From Kiritimatiellia bacterium (lineage in GTDB: Bacteria; Verrucomicrobiota; Kiritimatiellia; CAIKKV01), in NCBI GenBank assembly GCA_964201555.1, contig CAXNFL010000003.1:1-36825 (forward strand): a stretch of 36,825 bases of DNA. Reading direction: 5' to 3'. The first letter of the stretch is position 1, and each line of letters starts with the position of its first letter. Position numbers and translations under genes: made by a program. Of the stretch, positions 16,164 through 24,633 are shown piece after piece. The notes under the pieces were generated by a model, which did no database searches, had not been told where the DNA came from, and saw only the letters and a program-made list of their open reading frames with translations.

Positions 16164-17261
16164 ATGCGAATCGGCGTCATGCTGCGCGCGCTCGAGGAGA
16201 AGCAGGGGATCGGCATCTACAGCCTGAACCTGATGGATGAGCTGCTCCCCCTCGACCCGCAAACCGAATACGTGCTCTTCTACAAAAGCCCGGCCTTCCT
16301 GGGCCGCTACTCCGCCTTTCCCAACGTCACCGAAAAGTGGGTCTCCGCGCCCGGCAAGTTCGCCTGGGACCAGCTCCGCATGCCCCTCGAAGCGCGCAAG
16401 GCCGGCGTGGACGTGCTCTTCCACACCAAGTTCACCGTGCCCTTCTGCGCCGGCCGCAAAACCGTCATGACCGTCCACGGCGCCAGCTGGTTCGTGCACC
16501 CCGAGCTCTACACCCGCGCCGACATCGCCTACATCCGCGCCGTCATGCCCCTCTACTGCCGCAAGGCCGACCTCATCATCGCCAACTCCGAGCTGACCCG
16601 CCAGGACTTCATCCGCCTCCTCCGCGTCCCGCCGGAAAAGATCCGCACCATCCGCCTCGGCACCAACCGCCATTTCAAGGTCATTGCCGACACCACCGCC
16701 CTCGCCGCCGTCCGGGCCAAGTACAAGCTGCCCGACCGCTTCATCTTCTCGGTCATCAAATACGACCCCCGCAAGAACTTCAAGAACCTCATCGCCGGAT
16801 TCCGCCTCCTGCGCCAGCGGATGCCCTGCAAGCTGGTGGTGGCCGGCATCGGCTGCGAGAAATACATTCCCGAGTACAAGCTGGCCGAGGACGGCACGCT
16901 GAACGACATCACCTTCCTCGGCTGGGTGGACCAGGGCGAGCTGCCGCTGCTGTACAACCTGGCCGACTGCATGCTCTTCCCCTCCGTCTACGAGGAGTTC
17001 GGCATCCCCACCTGCGAGGCGATGGCCTGCGGCTGCCCGGTGGTCGTCTCCAGGACCGGCGCCTTGCCTGAAATTGCCGGCCAGTCCGGCGAGATCGTCG
17101 ACCCCTTCGATCCCGAATCCATCGCCGCCGGCCTCCAGCGCGTGCTCAGCGATGACGTCCGGCGCTCCGCCATGCGCCGCCTGGGCCTGGCCCGCGCCGC
17201 CGCCTTCACCTGGCGGCGCTGCGCCGAGGAAACGCGCGAGGCGCTCCATGAGCTACGATAG
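16164..17261 (+). CDS. Glycosyltransferase family 4 (GT-B)
   Basis: GIGIY, TVHG, PRKN, FLGWV, FPSVYEEFGIPTCEAMACGCPVV (ExFGxxxxE) and FTW. Confidence 0.93.
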   Translation: MRIGVMLRALEEKQGIGIYSLNLMDELLPLDPQTEYVLFYKSPAFLGRYSAFPNVTEKWVSAPGKFAWDQLRMPLEARKAGVDVLFHTKFTVPFCAGRKTVMTVHGASWFVHPELYTRADIAYIRAVMPLYCRKADLIIANSELTRQDFIRLLRVPPEKIRTIRLGTNRHFKVIADTTALAAVRAKYKLPDRFIFSVIKYDPRKNFKNLIAGFRLLRQRMPCKLVVAGIGCEKYIPEYKLAEDGTLNDITFLGWVDQGELPLLYNLADCMLFPSVYEEFGIPTCEAMACGCPVVVSRTGALPEIAGQSGEIVDPFDPESIAAGLQRVLSDDVRRSAMRRLGLARAAAFTWRRCAEETREALHELR

Positions 17262-18693
17262 CCGGCAGACGCTGCGGACGGTCACGATCGGCGCCTTCTG
17301 GCGGCTGCTGCGCTACCCGTTCTTTTTTTTGAGCCTCGTCATCATTCCCCGCTACATGGGCAAGTCGCTCTACGGCCAGTTCGCCTATTTCACCTCGGTC
17401 CTGACCGTGTGCGAGGCCTTCACCGGTCTGGGTAACATGCAGATCTTCGGCCGCTTCATTCCGGAGATGGGCCGCGATCCCGCGCGCGAGGCGCGGCTCC
17501 TGCACGGGATCATGTACTGGAGCAACCTGCTGGTGGTCGCCTTCGCGGGGGCCGTCTCGGCCTTCATGCTCGTGGTCCGCCCGGAGGGCTTTCCCCTGCG
17601 CTGGCTGCCGATCCTGATCTGCATCATGGTGGCCGGCAAAATCCAGGGCACCACGTTCGCCTTCCTCTACGGCCGCAACGAGATCGCCCGCTTCTCGGCC
17701 CGCGAGCTGGTGCGCAGCGCGCTCACCTTCCTGCTCATCGTGGGGCTCTACGCCTGGACCGGCAGCCTCGACGCGGCGCTCTGGGCCCTGGCACTGAGCC
17801 AGATCGCATTGATGCTCCTCTCGTTCTGGTGGGGCCGCGCGGCGCTCTTTCGCCCCTGGGGCCCGCTCCCCTTCAGGGAGTTCCTGCCCTACTTCCTCTT
17901 CGGCGCCACCTTCTACATCCCCACGGTGCTGCTCTTTTTCCTCCAGCGCTCGGCCCCGCTTTTCATCCGGGGGCTCACGGGCCGCTACGAGGACGTGGCG
18001 CCCTACGACCTGGCCAACCAGTTCCTCATGACCACCGGCATGTTCCTGGGCCTCATCTTCACCACGCTCGTGCCGGCCCTCTCCAAGCTTCACGCGTCCG
18101 ACCGGGGAGCCGAGGTGCTGGCCTGGAACCGGGTGGCCCTCGCCTGGTGCGGAACAGCGGCCTTCCTCGTTTACGCCGGCCTCGTCTATCTGGGCCGCCC
18201 GGCCATCCGGCTCCTGCTCGGCGCCGCGTTTGCCGATACCTACGGCGTCGCCGTCGTCACTGGGTTGGCCTTCAGCCCGATGCTGGTCTCGCAGATGGGC
18301 ATGAACTTCGCCGTGGTGCGCAAGAAGCCGTCGATCTATGCGGCCTCCACGGTCTTCGGCATTCTCGCCATGGTGGCGGCCTCCTTCCTGCTCATCCCGA
18401 CCTGGAAAGCCGTCGGCGCCGCCTGGGCCACGGTGGCCGGCCATCTGGCCGTGGCGCTCGTCTATGCCTTCGCCTTCCGCGGGGCCTTCCTGAGCATGCT
18501 CCGCGATTTCCTGGCGGTCACCGGCCTGGGCCTTCTCCTCACCCTGCCCGCCATCGGCCTCGACTGGAGCCTCCCGCTCATGATCGCGGCCGGCGCCGCC
18601 GCCATGCTGGCGTACCTGGCCGCCCTGACCGCGCTGCGGATCCTGAAGCCGGCCGACGTGAAAAGCGTCATCCGCTCGCTGCGCAAAAATTAG
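17248..18693 (+). CDS. Wzx/MATE-like oligosaccharide flippase
   Basis: Highly hydrophobic multi-TM protein with IIPRYMGKSLYGQF, RFIPE, PALSKL and LIPTWKAVGAAWAT. The start overlaps the GT4 end. Confidence 0.82.
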   Translation: MSYDSRQTLRTVTIGAFWRLLRYPFFFLSLVIIPRYMGKSLYGQFAYFTSVLTVCEAFTGLGNMQIFGRFIPEMGRDPAREARLLHGIMYWSNLLVVAFAGAVSAFMLVVRPEGFPLRWLPILICIMVAGKIQGTTFAFLYGRNEIARFSARELVRSALTFLLIVGLYAWTGSLDAALWALALSQIALMLLSFWWGRAALFRPWGPLPFREFLPYFLFGATFYIPTVLLFFLQRSAPLFIRGLTGRYEDVAPYDLANQFLMTTGMFLGLIFTTLVPALSKLHASDRGAEVLAWNRVALAWCGTAAFLVYAGLVYLGRPAIRLLLGAAFADTYGVAVVTGLAFSPMLVSQMGMNFAVVRKKPSIYAASTVFGILAMVAASFLLIPTWKAVGAAWATVAGHLAVALVYAFAFRGAFLSMLRDFLAVTGLGLLLTLPAIGLDWSLPLMIAAGAAAMLAYLAALTALRILKPADVKSVIRSLRKN

Positions 18694-19514
18694 GGAAGCT
18701 TGCTCAGTTTCCGCCGCAGGGCCTTCACATCCGTCAGCGGCGCGGGGAATTTCAGCTTCATGTCCTGCATGGTTTTTTTCAGGATATGCGCCACGGCCCA
18801 GTTCCGGTCCCATTTGTGATCGGAGGGAATAATGTACCAGGGCGATTCCCGGGTGCTGCACCGGCCCAGCGCCTCTTCGTACGCCGCCTGGTAGTCGTCC
18901 CAGTACTTCCGCTCCGCGAGATCCGCCTCGCTGAACTTCCAGTTCCGCTCGGGATTTTCCAGCCGCGCCAGCAGCCGCTCCTTCTGCTCCTTCCGGCTGA
19001 TGTGCAGGAAGAGCTTCACGATCGTCACGCCGTTGTCCGCCAGCAGCTTTTCGAACACGCGGATCTGCTCGTAACGCGCTTTCCACACGTCCTTGGCGAC
19101 AAACTCATGAACCCGCACGATCAGCACGTCCTCGTAGTGCGAGCGATTGAACACGCCGATCTCGCCCTTCGGCGGCACGGCCTTGTGGATGCGCCAGAGA
19201 TAGTCGTGCGCCAGCTCCTCCGCCGTGGGCGTCTTGAACGGCGTCACGCGACAGGCCTGCGGATTGAACCCCGAAAACACGCCCCGCACCAGGCCGTCCT
19301 TGCCGGCGGCATCCATCGCCTGAAGGACCACCAGGACGGCCCGCTTGTTCTCGGCAAACAGCCGGTACTGCAGCTTGCGCAAGTCCGTCAGCATCTCCGG
19401 CAGCTGGGCCGCCGCCTCCTCGCGGGTCTCGCAGCCCGGCGTGGCGCCGGTGTCGAAGGCGCGCAGCTTCGGATTCCGCCCCGGCTTCACGAGCAGCTTT
19501 TGAATGACTTTCAC
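18690..19514 (-). CDS. ppk2: Polyphosphate kinase 2 family (class III-like polyP:nucleotide phosphotransferase)
   Basis: Walker A QAMDAAGKDG, FKTPT.EELAHDYLWR, FNRSHYEDV and WKFS..D..ER. GTG start with SD GAAGGAG. Confidence 0.92.
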   Translation of the reverse strand: MKVIQKLLVKPGRNPKLRAFDTGATPGCETREEAAAQLPEMLTDLRKLQYRLFAENKRAVLVVLQAMDAAGKDGLVRGVFSGFNPQACRVTPFKTPTAEELAHDYLWRIHKAVPPKGEIGVFNRSHYEDVLIVRVHEFVAKDVWKARYEQIRVFEKLLADNGVTIVKLFLHISRKEQKERLLARLENPERNWKFSEADLAERKYWDDYQAAYEEALGRCSTRESPWYIIPSDHKWDRNWAVAHILKKTMQDMKLKFPAPLTDVKALRRKLSKLP

Positions 19515-19532
19515 GTTCGCTCCTTCCGCCGC

Positions 19533-19561
19533 ACCTTATCACACACCCGCCCGTTTGTCAT
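19533..19561 (-). promoter_or_regulatory. Putative sigma70 promoter for ppk2
   Basis: ATGACA(19561-19556)-17-TAAGGT(19538-19533) with an extended -10 TGn. Confidence 0.5.
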
Positions 19562-19654
19562 GCTCTCCGCGAGGGCTACCGCACACGGCCCTCCCTTTTC
19601 GCGCACTCGCTCTCTCCCGAAGGACAAAAGAGTTATTCTGCTCCCTCTGACAAA

Positions 19655-19845
19655 GGCGGTGGGGCGATCGTTCGCGCGCAGAGGCCGCCATGACCGGAAT
19701 GGAACCGGCGGCGGGTGAGCCCGAGCGGGGGCGAGGGCGAAAGGCGCTCGCGGCCAGGGAGGGTCGCCTAGCGCCGACCGCCAGGCCGCTCCATTCCGGT
19801 CATGTGCTTTCGCGGCCTCTCCGCGTGAACGATCGCCTCACCGCC
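19655..19845 (+). ncRNA. Long-stem structured element (candidate ncRNA or MITE-like repeat) with a hammerhead-like three-way junction
   Basis: 34-bp outer arm 19655-19688/19812-19845 (two G-U pairs on the + strand, one mismatch), perfect 15-bp inner arm CATGACCGGAATGGA/TCCATTCCGGTCATG, and a branched apex. Confidence 0.5.
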
Positions 19846-19888
19846 GAGCGATCGCCTCACCGCCGCCGGGTCGGCCGCCGGGTCGGCC
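19830..19888. repeat. Short direct repeats at the ppk1 3' end
   Basis: CGATCGCCTCACCGCCG occurs twice (19830-19846, 19849-19865). A 12-bp tandem GCCGCCGGGTCG x2 (19862-19885) encodes the PTRRPTRR tail. Confidence 0.8.
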
Positions 19889-21962
19889 GTTGCGGCTCGA
19901 AGAGCGGCTCCTCGGCGCGCGAGGCCGACTTCGCCTCCGCCACCACCGTGTGGTACCAGATCTCCTGCGCCCGGAACGCCCGGCCCTTGGCCGGCCGCGC
20001 TCGGTCCCAGGTCCCGTCGGAAAGCAGCCGCCGCGCCTTGGCGGTATCCTTGAAAAACGTCTCCAGATACGCCAGCAGCCTCGCCCGGCAGGCCGGATCC
20101 TCCACCGGCACCAGCAATTCGATCCGCCGGTCCAGGTTGCGCGTCATCCAGTCGGCGCTCGAGATGAACACCCGCGGCCGGCCGCCATTCTGGAAAACCA
20201 GGACGCGGGCATGCTCCAGGAACCGGTCCACCACGCTGACCACCTCGATCCCCTCGCCCTTTCCGCCGGGCCGCAGGCAGCAGACGCCGCGCACGTTGAG
20301 CCGGACCCGGACCCCGGCCCGGGCCGCCTGGACCAGCGCCTTGATCATCACCGGGTCCGACAGCGAGTTCACTTTCAGCGTGACGGCCGCCGGCTCCCCT
20401 CGCTCGGCATTGGCCTGCTCCGCGGCAATCAGCTCGAGCAGGCGCTTGCGCAGCCCCACCGGCGCCGCCGCCAGATGCTCGTAGGGCACCGACCGGGAAT
20501 AGCCCGTGATCGCGTTGAAGAATCGCGACGCATCGCGCCCGTATCCCTCGTGGCAGGTCATGTAGCTGACATCGGCATACAGCCGCGCCGTGATTTCGTT
20601 GTAGTTGCCCGTGCTGAAATGCAGGTACCGCCGTATCCCGGCGGCCTCCCGGCGGACCACGATGCACACCTTGGCATGCGTCTTCAGGTTCTTGACCCCG
20701 TAAACCACCTGCACGCCGGCCGTCTCCAGCGCCTGCGCCCAGCCGATGTTGCGCGCTTCGTCAAACCGCGCCTTCAGCTCCACCAGCACCGTCACATGCT
20801 TGCCCTTCGCCGCCGCCCGCGCCAGCGCCGCGATGATCGGGCTCTCCCGGCTGGTCCGGTACAGGATCTGCTTGATGGCCAGCACATCGGGATCGTCCGC
20901 CGCCTCCTCGACCAGCCGCACCACGGGATCAAAGGACTCGTACGGATGAATGAGCAGCACGTCCTGCCGCGAGAGCGTGTCGAACATCGACTCGCCTTTC
21001 CGGAAGGCCGAGGACTGCACCGGCTTCCAGAACGGCTCGCGCAGAGAGTCGTAACCGGGCATTCCCGCGATTGTCATAAACAGGGACAAATCCAGGGGCG
21101 TCGACGTCCGGTACAGCTCCCGCTCCCCGACGTCCAGCGCCTTGCGCAACAGGCGCACCATCAGCGGGGAGGCCGCGGCTTCAACCTGGAGCCGCACGCA
21201 ACGGCTCTGCTTGCGCTCGGTCAGCACCTCCCGCATCTGCGCCAGCAAGTCCCCGGCCTGATCCTCCTGCACGCGCATGTCGGCGTTCCGGGTGAGGCGG
21301 AAGACCGCGTGGTCGCCGATCGCCTCGCCCGGGAACAGCCGGTCCAGGTGCGCCGAGACCAGGTCCTCCAGCAGCACGACGGCGTAGCCCCGCTCCACGG
21401 GCACGGCCACCAGCCGCGGCAGGTTGCGCGGCAGCGCGATCACGGCGAACCGGTCGCGCCGCGCGGGGCGCGGGCCGCCCAGCCGGACGGCCACCGCCAC
21501 CGAAAGGCCCGGCAGCAGCGGGAACGCGCCAAAGCCGCGGACCGCCTGCGGGCTCAGCACGGGAAAAATGTCGCGATCGAACACGCGGGAAAGATGCGCC
21601 AGCTGATCCTCGTCAAGCTCGGCCAGGGTCTGCCGCCACAACCCCTCTTTCCGGAGCTTCTTCTCGAGCTCGGCCAGGCAGATCGCGGTCTCGGTTGTCA
21701 TGCGCCGCACTTCGCGCGCGATCGCGTTGAGCTGCATGGCCGGCGACAGGCCCGCCGGATCCTCGCCCGGCCGGTTATCGCCCTGCAGCTGCAGGAGCCC
21801 GCCCACGCGCACCATGAAAAACTCATCGAGATTCGAGGCGGTGATGGACAGGAACTTCAGTCGATCCAAAACAGGGACAGTCGGATCGAAGGCCTCCTCC
21901 AGCACCCGGCGGTCGAAAGCCAGCCAGCTGAGCTCGCGATTGAGAAACATGGACCGGCCCAT
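19857..21962 (-). CDS. ppk1: Polyphosphate kinase 1
   Basis: FLNRELSWLAF, NLDEFFMVRV, HPYESF, ELKARFDE, phospho-His KTHAKV, STGNYN, RFLEHAR and SSADWMTRNLDRRIE. Confidence 0.97.
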   Translation of the reverse strand: MGRSMFLNRELSWLAFDRRVLEEAFDPTVPVLDRLKFLSITASNLDEFFMVRVGGLLQLQGDNRPGEDPAGLSPAMQLNAIAREVRRMTTETAICLAELEKKLRKEGLWRQTLAELDEDQLAHLSRVFDRDIFPVLSPQAVRGFGAFPLLPGLSVAVAVRLGGPRPARRDRFAVIALPRNLPRLVAVPVERGYAVVLLEDLVSAHLDRLFPGEAIGDHAVFRLTRNADMRVQEDQAGDLLAQMREVLTERKQSRCVRLQVEAAASPLMVRLLRKALDVGERELYRTSTPLDLSLFMTIAGMPGYDSLREPFWKPVQSSAFRKGESMFDTLSRQDVLLIHPYESFDPVVRLVEEAADDPDVLAIKQILYRTSRESPIIAALARAAAKGKHVTVLVELKARFDEARNIGWAQALETAGVQVVYGVKNLKTHAKVCIVVRREAAGIRRYLHFSTGNYNEITARLYADVSYMTCHEGYGRDASRFFNAITGYSRSVPYEHLAAAPVGLRKRLLELIAAEQANAERGEPAAVTLKVNSLSDPVMIKALVQAARAGVRVRLNVRGVCCLRPGGKGEGIEVVSVVDRFLEHARVLVFQNGGRPRVFISSADWMTRNLDRRIELLVPVEDPACRARLLAYLETFFKDTAKARRLLSDGTWDRARPAKGRAFRAQEIWYHTVVAEAKSASRAEEPLFEPQRPTRRPTRRR

Positions 21963-21972
21963 GAGCCCTCCC

Positions 21973-23556
21973 TTAGCGGATCCCCGGCATCACCGTGGGC
22001 CGCAGCGTCACGCGCATGCCGAACACCGTTTCGAACAGATCGCCCTTCGCCTCCAGGGCCACGCGCTCCAGAGACAGGTCGCCCACGTCCTCGACGCCCA
22101 GCGACAGCTCGTCCGGCGCCCGGAGGAACCCCGCGACGCGGATCCGCTGCGAGTGGCTGCGGTCCAGCGCATCCGCCACGCGCAGGATGGCCGACAGCTG
22201 CAGGACCAGCGCCCGCTGGGTCCGGTCCAGGCGGGCGAACTCGGGATGCGAGGCGGCCGGCGGCGTGCGGCGGTGATACCGTGAGATCAGGGCGATCAGC
22301 GCCGTTTCGCGCGTGGTCAGCCCGAACAGCTCACTGCTGGCGATCAGGTAAGCCGAGTGCTTATGGTGGCTGCGGCTGCTGACAAAGGCGCCGATATCGT
22401 GCAGGATCCCGGCCGCGCGCAGCAGCACCTCGTGGCGCGACTCCAGACGGAAATCGGCCGCCAGCTCGCGGAAGAGCTGAACCGCCAGGTCCGCCACATG
22501 CAGCGCGTGCGGCTTGTCGAACGCGTATTTGCCGCCCAGGGCCAGCGCGGAGCGAAGCACCTGCTCCGTGAAATGGGGAGACCAGGCGCCCTGCGACACC
22601 TCGTTGAACAGCAGGCCCAGCCGCAAATCGACCCGCGCCAGGGTCACGGTTTTCACCCGGAAGGCCTTGGCCAGGCTGATATAGGCCATCAGGGCCGGCC
22701 CCGCGGCCGCGGCTTCCTGGGACGACAGGGCATACTCGCGCATGAGACGGCTTTCGGAAAGGCCGGCGATGGCCCGCGCCTTTTCAAAATCCTTGATCCC
22801 CATGGCGTAGGCCAACTGCCGGCCGCCGGTGGCCGCCGGGGCGTCCGGCCGCAAGGCGCGAAGCAGGGCCGCGGGAAGATCGCCCAGCACCGCCACCAGG
22901 TGAGTCGCGCGTTTGACGGGAACGGTCTGGCGGATCTGGTCCAGGGTGCGGCCGATCTGGCGGGTCAGGGCTTCCTCCGTATGCGCGTCGGATTCCTCGT
23001 CCGTTTCCAGCGCTTCGCGCACCCGGAGCGATCCCAGCCGGAACGTTTCCGAACAGGTCACAAACCCGTCCTGGATCAGCAGCAGCTTGGTTCCGCCGCC
23101 GCCGACCTCGGCCACCAGCACATCGCCCCGGCGCATGAAAGGCTCCTCGCCCAGCAGCCGGTGGAGGGCCATATAGGTCAGCCGGTGCACCTCGGGCTCC
23201 TCGATCGGCTCCAGGAGAATGCCGGTGGCGATGAAGACGCGATCGAGAAAGGCTTCGCGGTTTTCGGCCTCGCGCAGCGCGCTGGTGCCGACCGCCCGGA
23301 TGGAAATGGCGGCGCCGGGGCCGTCGGCATACTCCTCGGCCGCCTGGCGGAAATCGCGCAGGATCTGCACGCACGCGGCGGTGGTTTCGGAGCTGATCCG
23401 GCCATCCGTAAACGTCTCCCGGCCGAGGGAGACGGCGCGGTACAGGGAGTCGAGAACCCGCACCTCGCCGTCGCTGCCCAGCTCGGCGATGTCCATGCGG
23501 ATCGCGCTGGCGCCCACGTCGATGGCGGCGGCCAGGCGCCGGGCGGCGGCTTTCAT
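21973..23556 (-). CDS. ppx: Ppx/GppA family exopolyphosphatase-like protein with C-terminal HD domain (catalytic motifs divergent)
   Basis: AAIDVGASAIRM, TSALREAEN, EVGGGGTK, LGSLR, LHDIG, HHKHS, RYHR and LRVADALDRSH. Confidence 0.88.
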   Translation of the reverse strand: MKAAARRLAAAIDVGASAIRMDIAELGSDGEVRVLDSLYRAVSLGRETFTDGRISSETTAACVQILRDFRQAAEEYADGPGAAISIRAVGTSALREAENREAFLDRVFIATGILLEPIEEPEVHRLTYMALHRLLGEEPFMRRGDVLVAEVGGGGTKLLLIQDGFVTCSETFRLGSLRVREALETDEESDAHTEEALTRQIGRTLDQIRQTVPVKRATHLVAVLGDLPAALLRALRPDAPAATGGRQLAYAMGIKDFEKARAIAGLSESRLMREYALSSQEAAAAGPALMAYISLAKAFRVKTVTLARVDLRLGLLFNEVSQGAWSPHFTEQVLRSALALGGKYAFDKPHALHVADLAVQLFRELAADFRLESRHEVLLRAAGILHDIGAFVSSRSHHKHSAYLIASSELFGLTTRETALIALISRYHRRTPPAASHPEFARLDRTQRALVLQLSAILRVADALDRSHSQRIRVAGFLRAPDELSLGVEDVGDLSLERVALEAKGDLFETVFGMRVTLRPTVMPGIR

Positions 23557-24533
23557 ATCTCCTCCGCCGCCATGGCGGCCGCGCCCATGGCCGTGGCGTC
23601 CCCGCCCAGCGAGGCCACCACCACGCGAAGGCCGTCGGTGAACGCCGGAAGGCCGCGGTCGCGAATGGCGGCCGTGACCTCCTCCACGTAAAGATCGGGA
23701 AACTCCTCGACCAGCCCCCCGCCCAGCAGGACGGTGTCGGGCGCCATCAGGTGGAGCGTGCCGGAAATGCCGTACCCGAGCCAGCGGGCCGCGCGCCGCA
23801 CGATCCGCTCCACGGTCTGGTCGCCCTTGCGGATGGCTTCGGCCAGCACGCCGCTGCGCATCTTGGCCAGATCGCCGCCGGCCAGCGCCAGCAGGTTCGG
23901 GGCCTCGCCGCGCAGCGCGGCCTGGCCCGCCTGGGCCGCGATGGCCAACCGCCCGGCCAGGGTCTCCAGGCAGCCGCGCTTCCCGCAGCCGCAGAGGGTG
24001 CCGTCGGGATCGATCGGCAGGTGGCCGATCTCCATGGCCGATCCGGTTCTTCCCCGGATCAGCTTGCCCTCATACACGCAGGCGCCGCCGATTCCCGTTC
24101 CCGGAAAGACGCCAAGCACGCAGCGCGACTTGCGGGCCGCGCCGAAGCGGTACTCCCCGAACGTGCCGGCGTCGACGTCGTTGGCGATCACCACCGGGGC
24201 CTTCAGGCGCTTGCGCAAGCCGTCGGCCACCTTGAGCTTCCGCCAGCCCAGGTTGGGCGCGTCCAGCAGGATGCCCTTGTCGAGGTCCAGCATGCCGGCG
24301 AGGCCCACGCCGACGCCCGCCAGCGAGGAGGGCGACACCTTGGCTTCCTCCAGCGCTTCACCGATCACGTCCGCCATGCGATCCAAAGGATTGGCCGGCT
24401 TGTTTTCCCCCTGGGTCTTGCGCTTGCGGCGCCCCTGAAGGCGGAAGTCCCGGTCGAAGACACAGGCCACGGACTTGGTCCCGCCCACATCCAGCCCCAC
24501 CCAGTATCGCCGGCCTTGTTGCTTCGCGCTCAT
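23553..24533 (-). CDS. ROK family sugar kinase (glucokinase-like)
   Basis: GLDVGGTK, NDVDAG, GTGIGG, EIGH and the Zn motif CGCGKRGCLE; no N-terminal HTH. ATGA overlap with ppx. Confidence 0.9.
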   Translation of the reverse strand: MSAKQQGRRYWVGLDVGGTKSVACVFDRDFRLQGRRKRKTQGENKPANPLDRMADVIGEALEEAKVSPSSLAGVGVGLAGMLDLDKGILLDAPNLGWRKLKVADGLRKRLKAPVVIANDVDAGTFGEYRFGAARKSRCVLGVFPGTGIGGACVYEGKLIRGRTGSAMEIGHLPIDPDGTLCGCGKRGCLETLAGRLAIAAQAGQAALRGEAPNLLALAGGDLAKMRSGVLAEAIRKGDQTVERIVRRAARWLGYGISGTLHLMAPDTVLLGGGLVEEFPDLYVEEVTAAIRDRGLPAFTDGLRVVVASLGGDATAMGAAAMAAEEI

Positions 24534-24565
24534 GACGTCTCCTTGAAAAAACTATTCGTGGAGAC

Positions 24566-24594
24566 ATCCTAAAAGAAAAACAGGGCTTTGTCAG
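24566..24594 (-). promoter_or_regulatory. Putative sigma70 promoter for ROK-ppx-ppk1
   Basis: CTGACA(24594-24589)-17-TAGGAT(24571-24566); SD AAGGAG before ATG 24533. Confidence 0.55.
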
Positions 24595-24633
24595 CCGCCA
24601 AAGCGTTAGGATTGTGCGAGGAAAAAACCGCGC

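Noticed and set aside
19655-19845. Identification as SRP RNA, 6S RNA, tRNA or CRISPR
   Set aside because: No SRP helix-8 motif, no large central bubble, no T-loop or CCA, and no repeat-spacer periodicity.
19690-20484. 264-aa ORF starting inside the hairpin, and the mirror MTGME peptide on the opposite strand
   Set aside because: A by-product of the inverted repeat and antisense to ppk1; no protein-like features.
19890-22382. 830-aa plus-strand ORF and similar long antisense ORFs (9607..11628, 33795..35810, 17206..19086, 12773..14272)
   Set aside because: They lie opposite well-supported genes, have no family motifs, and are expected in high-GC DNA.
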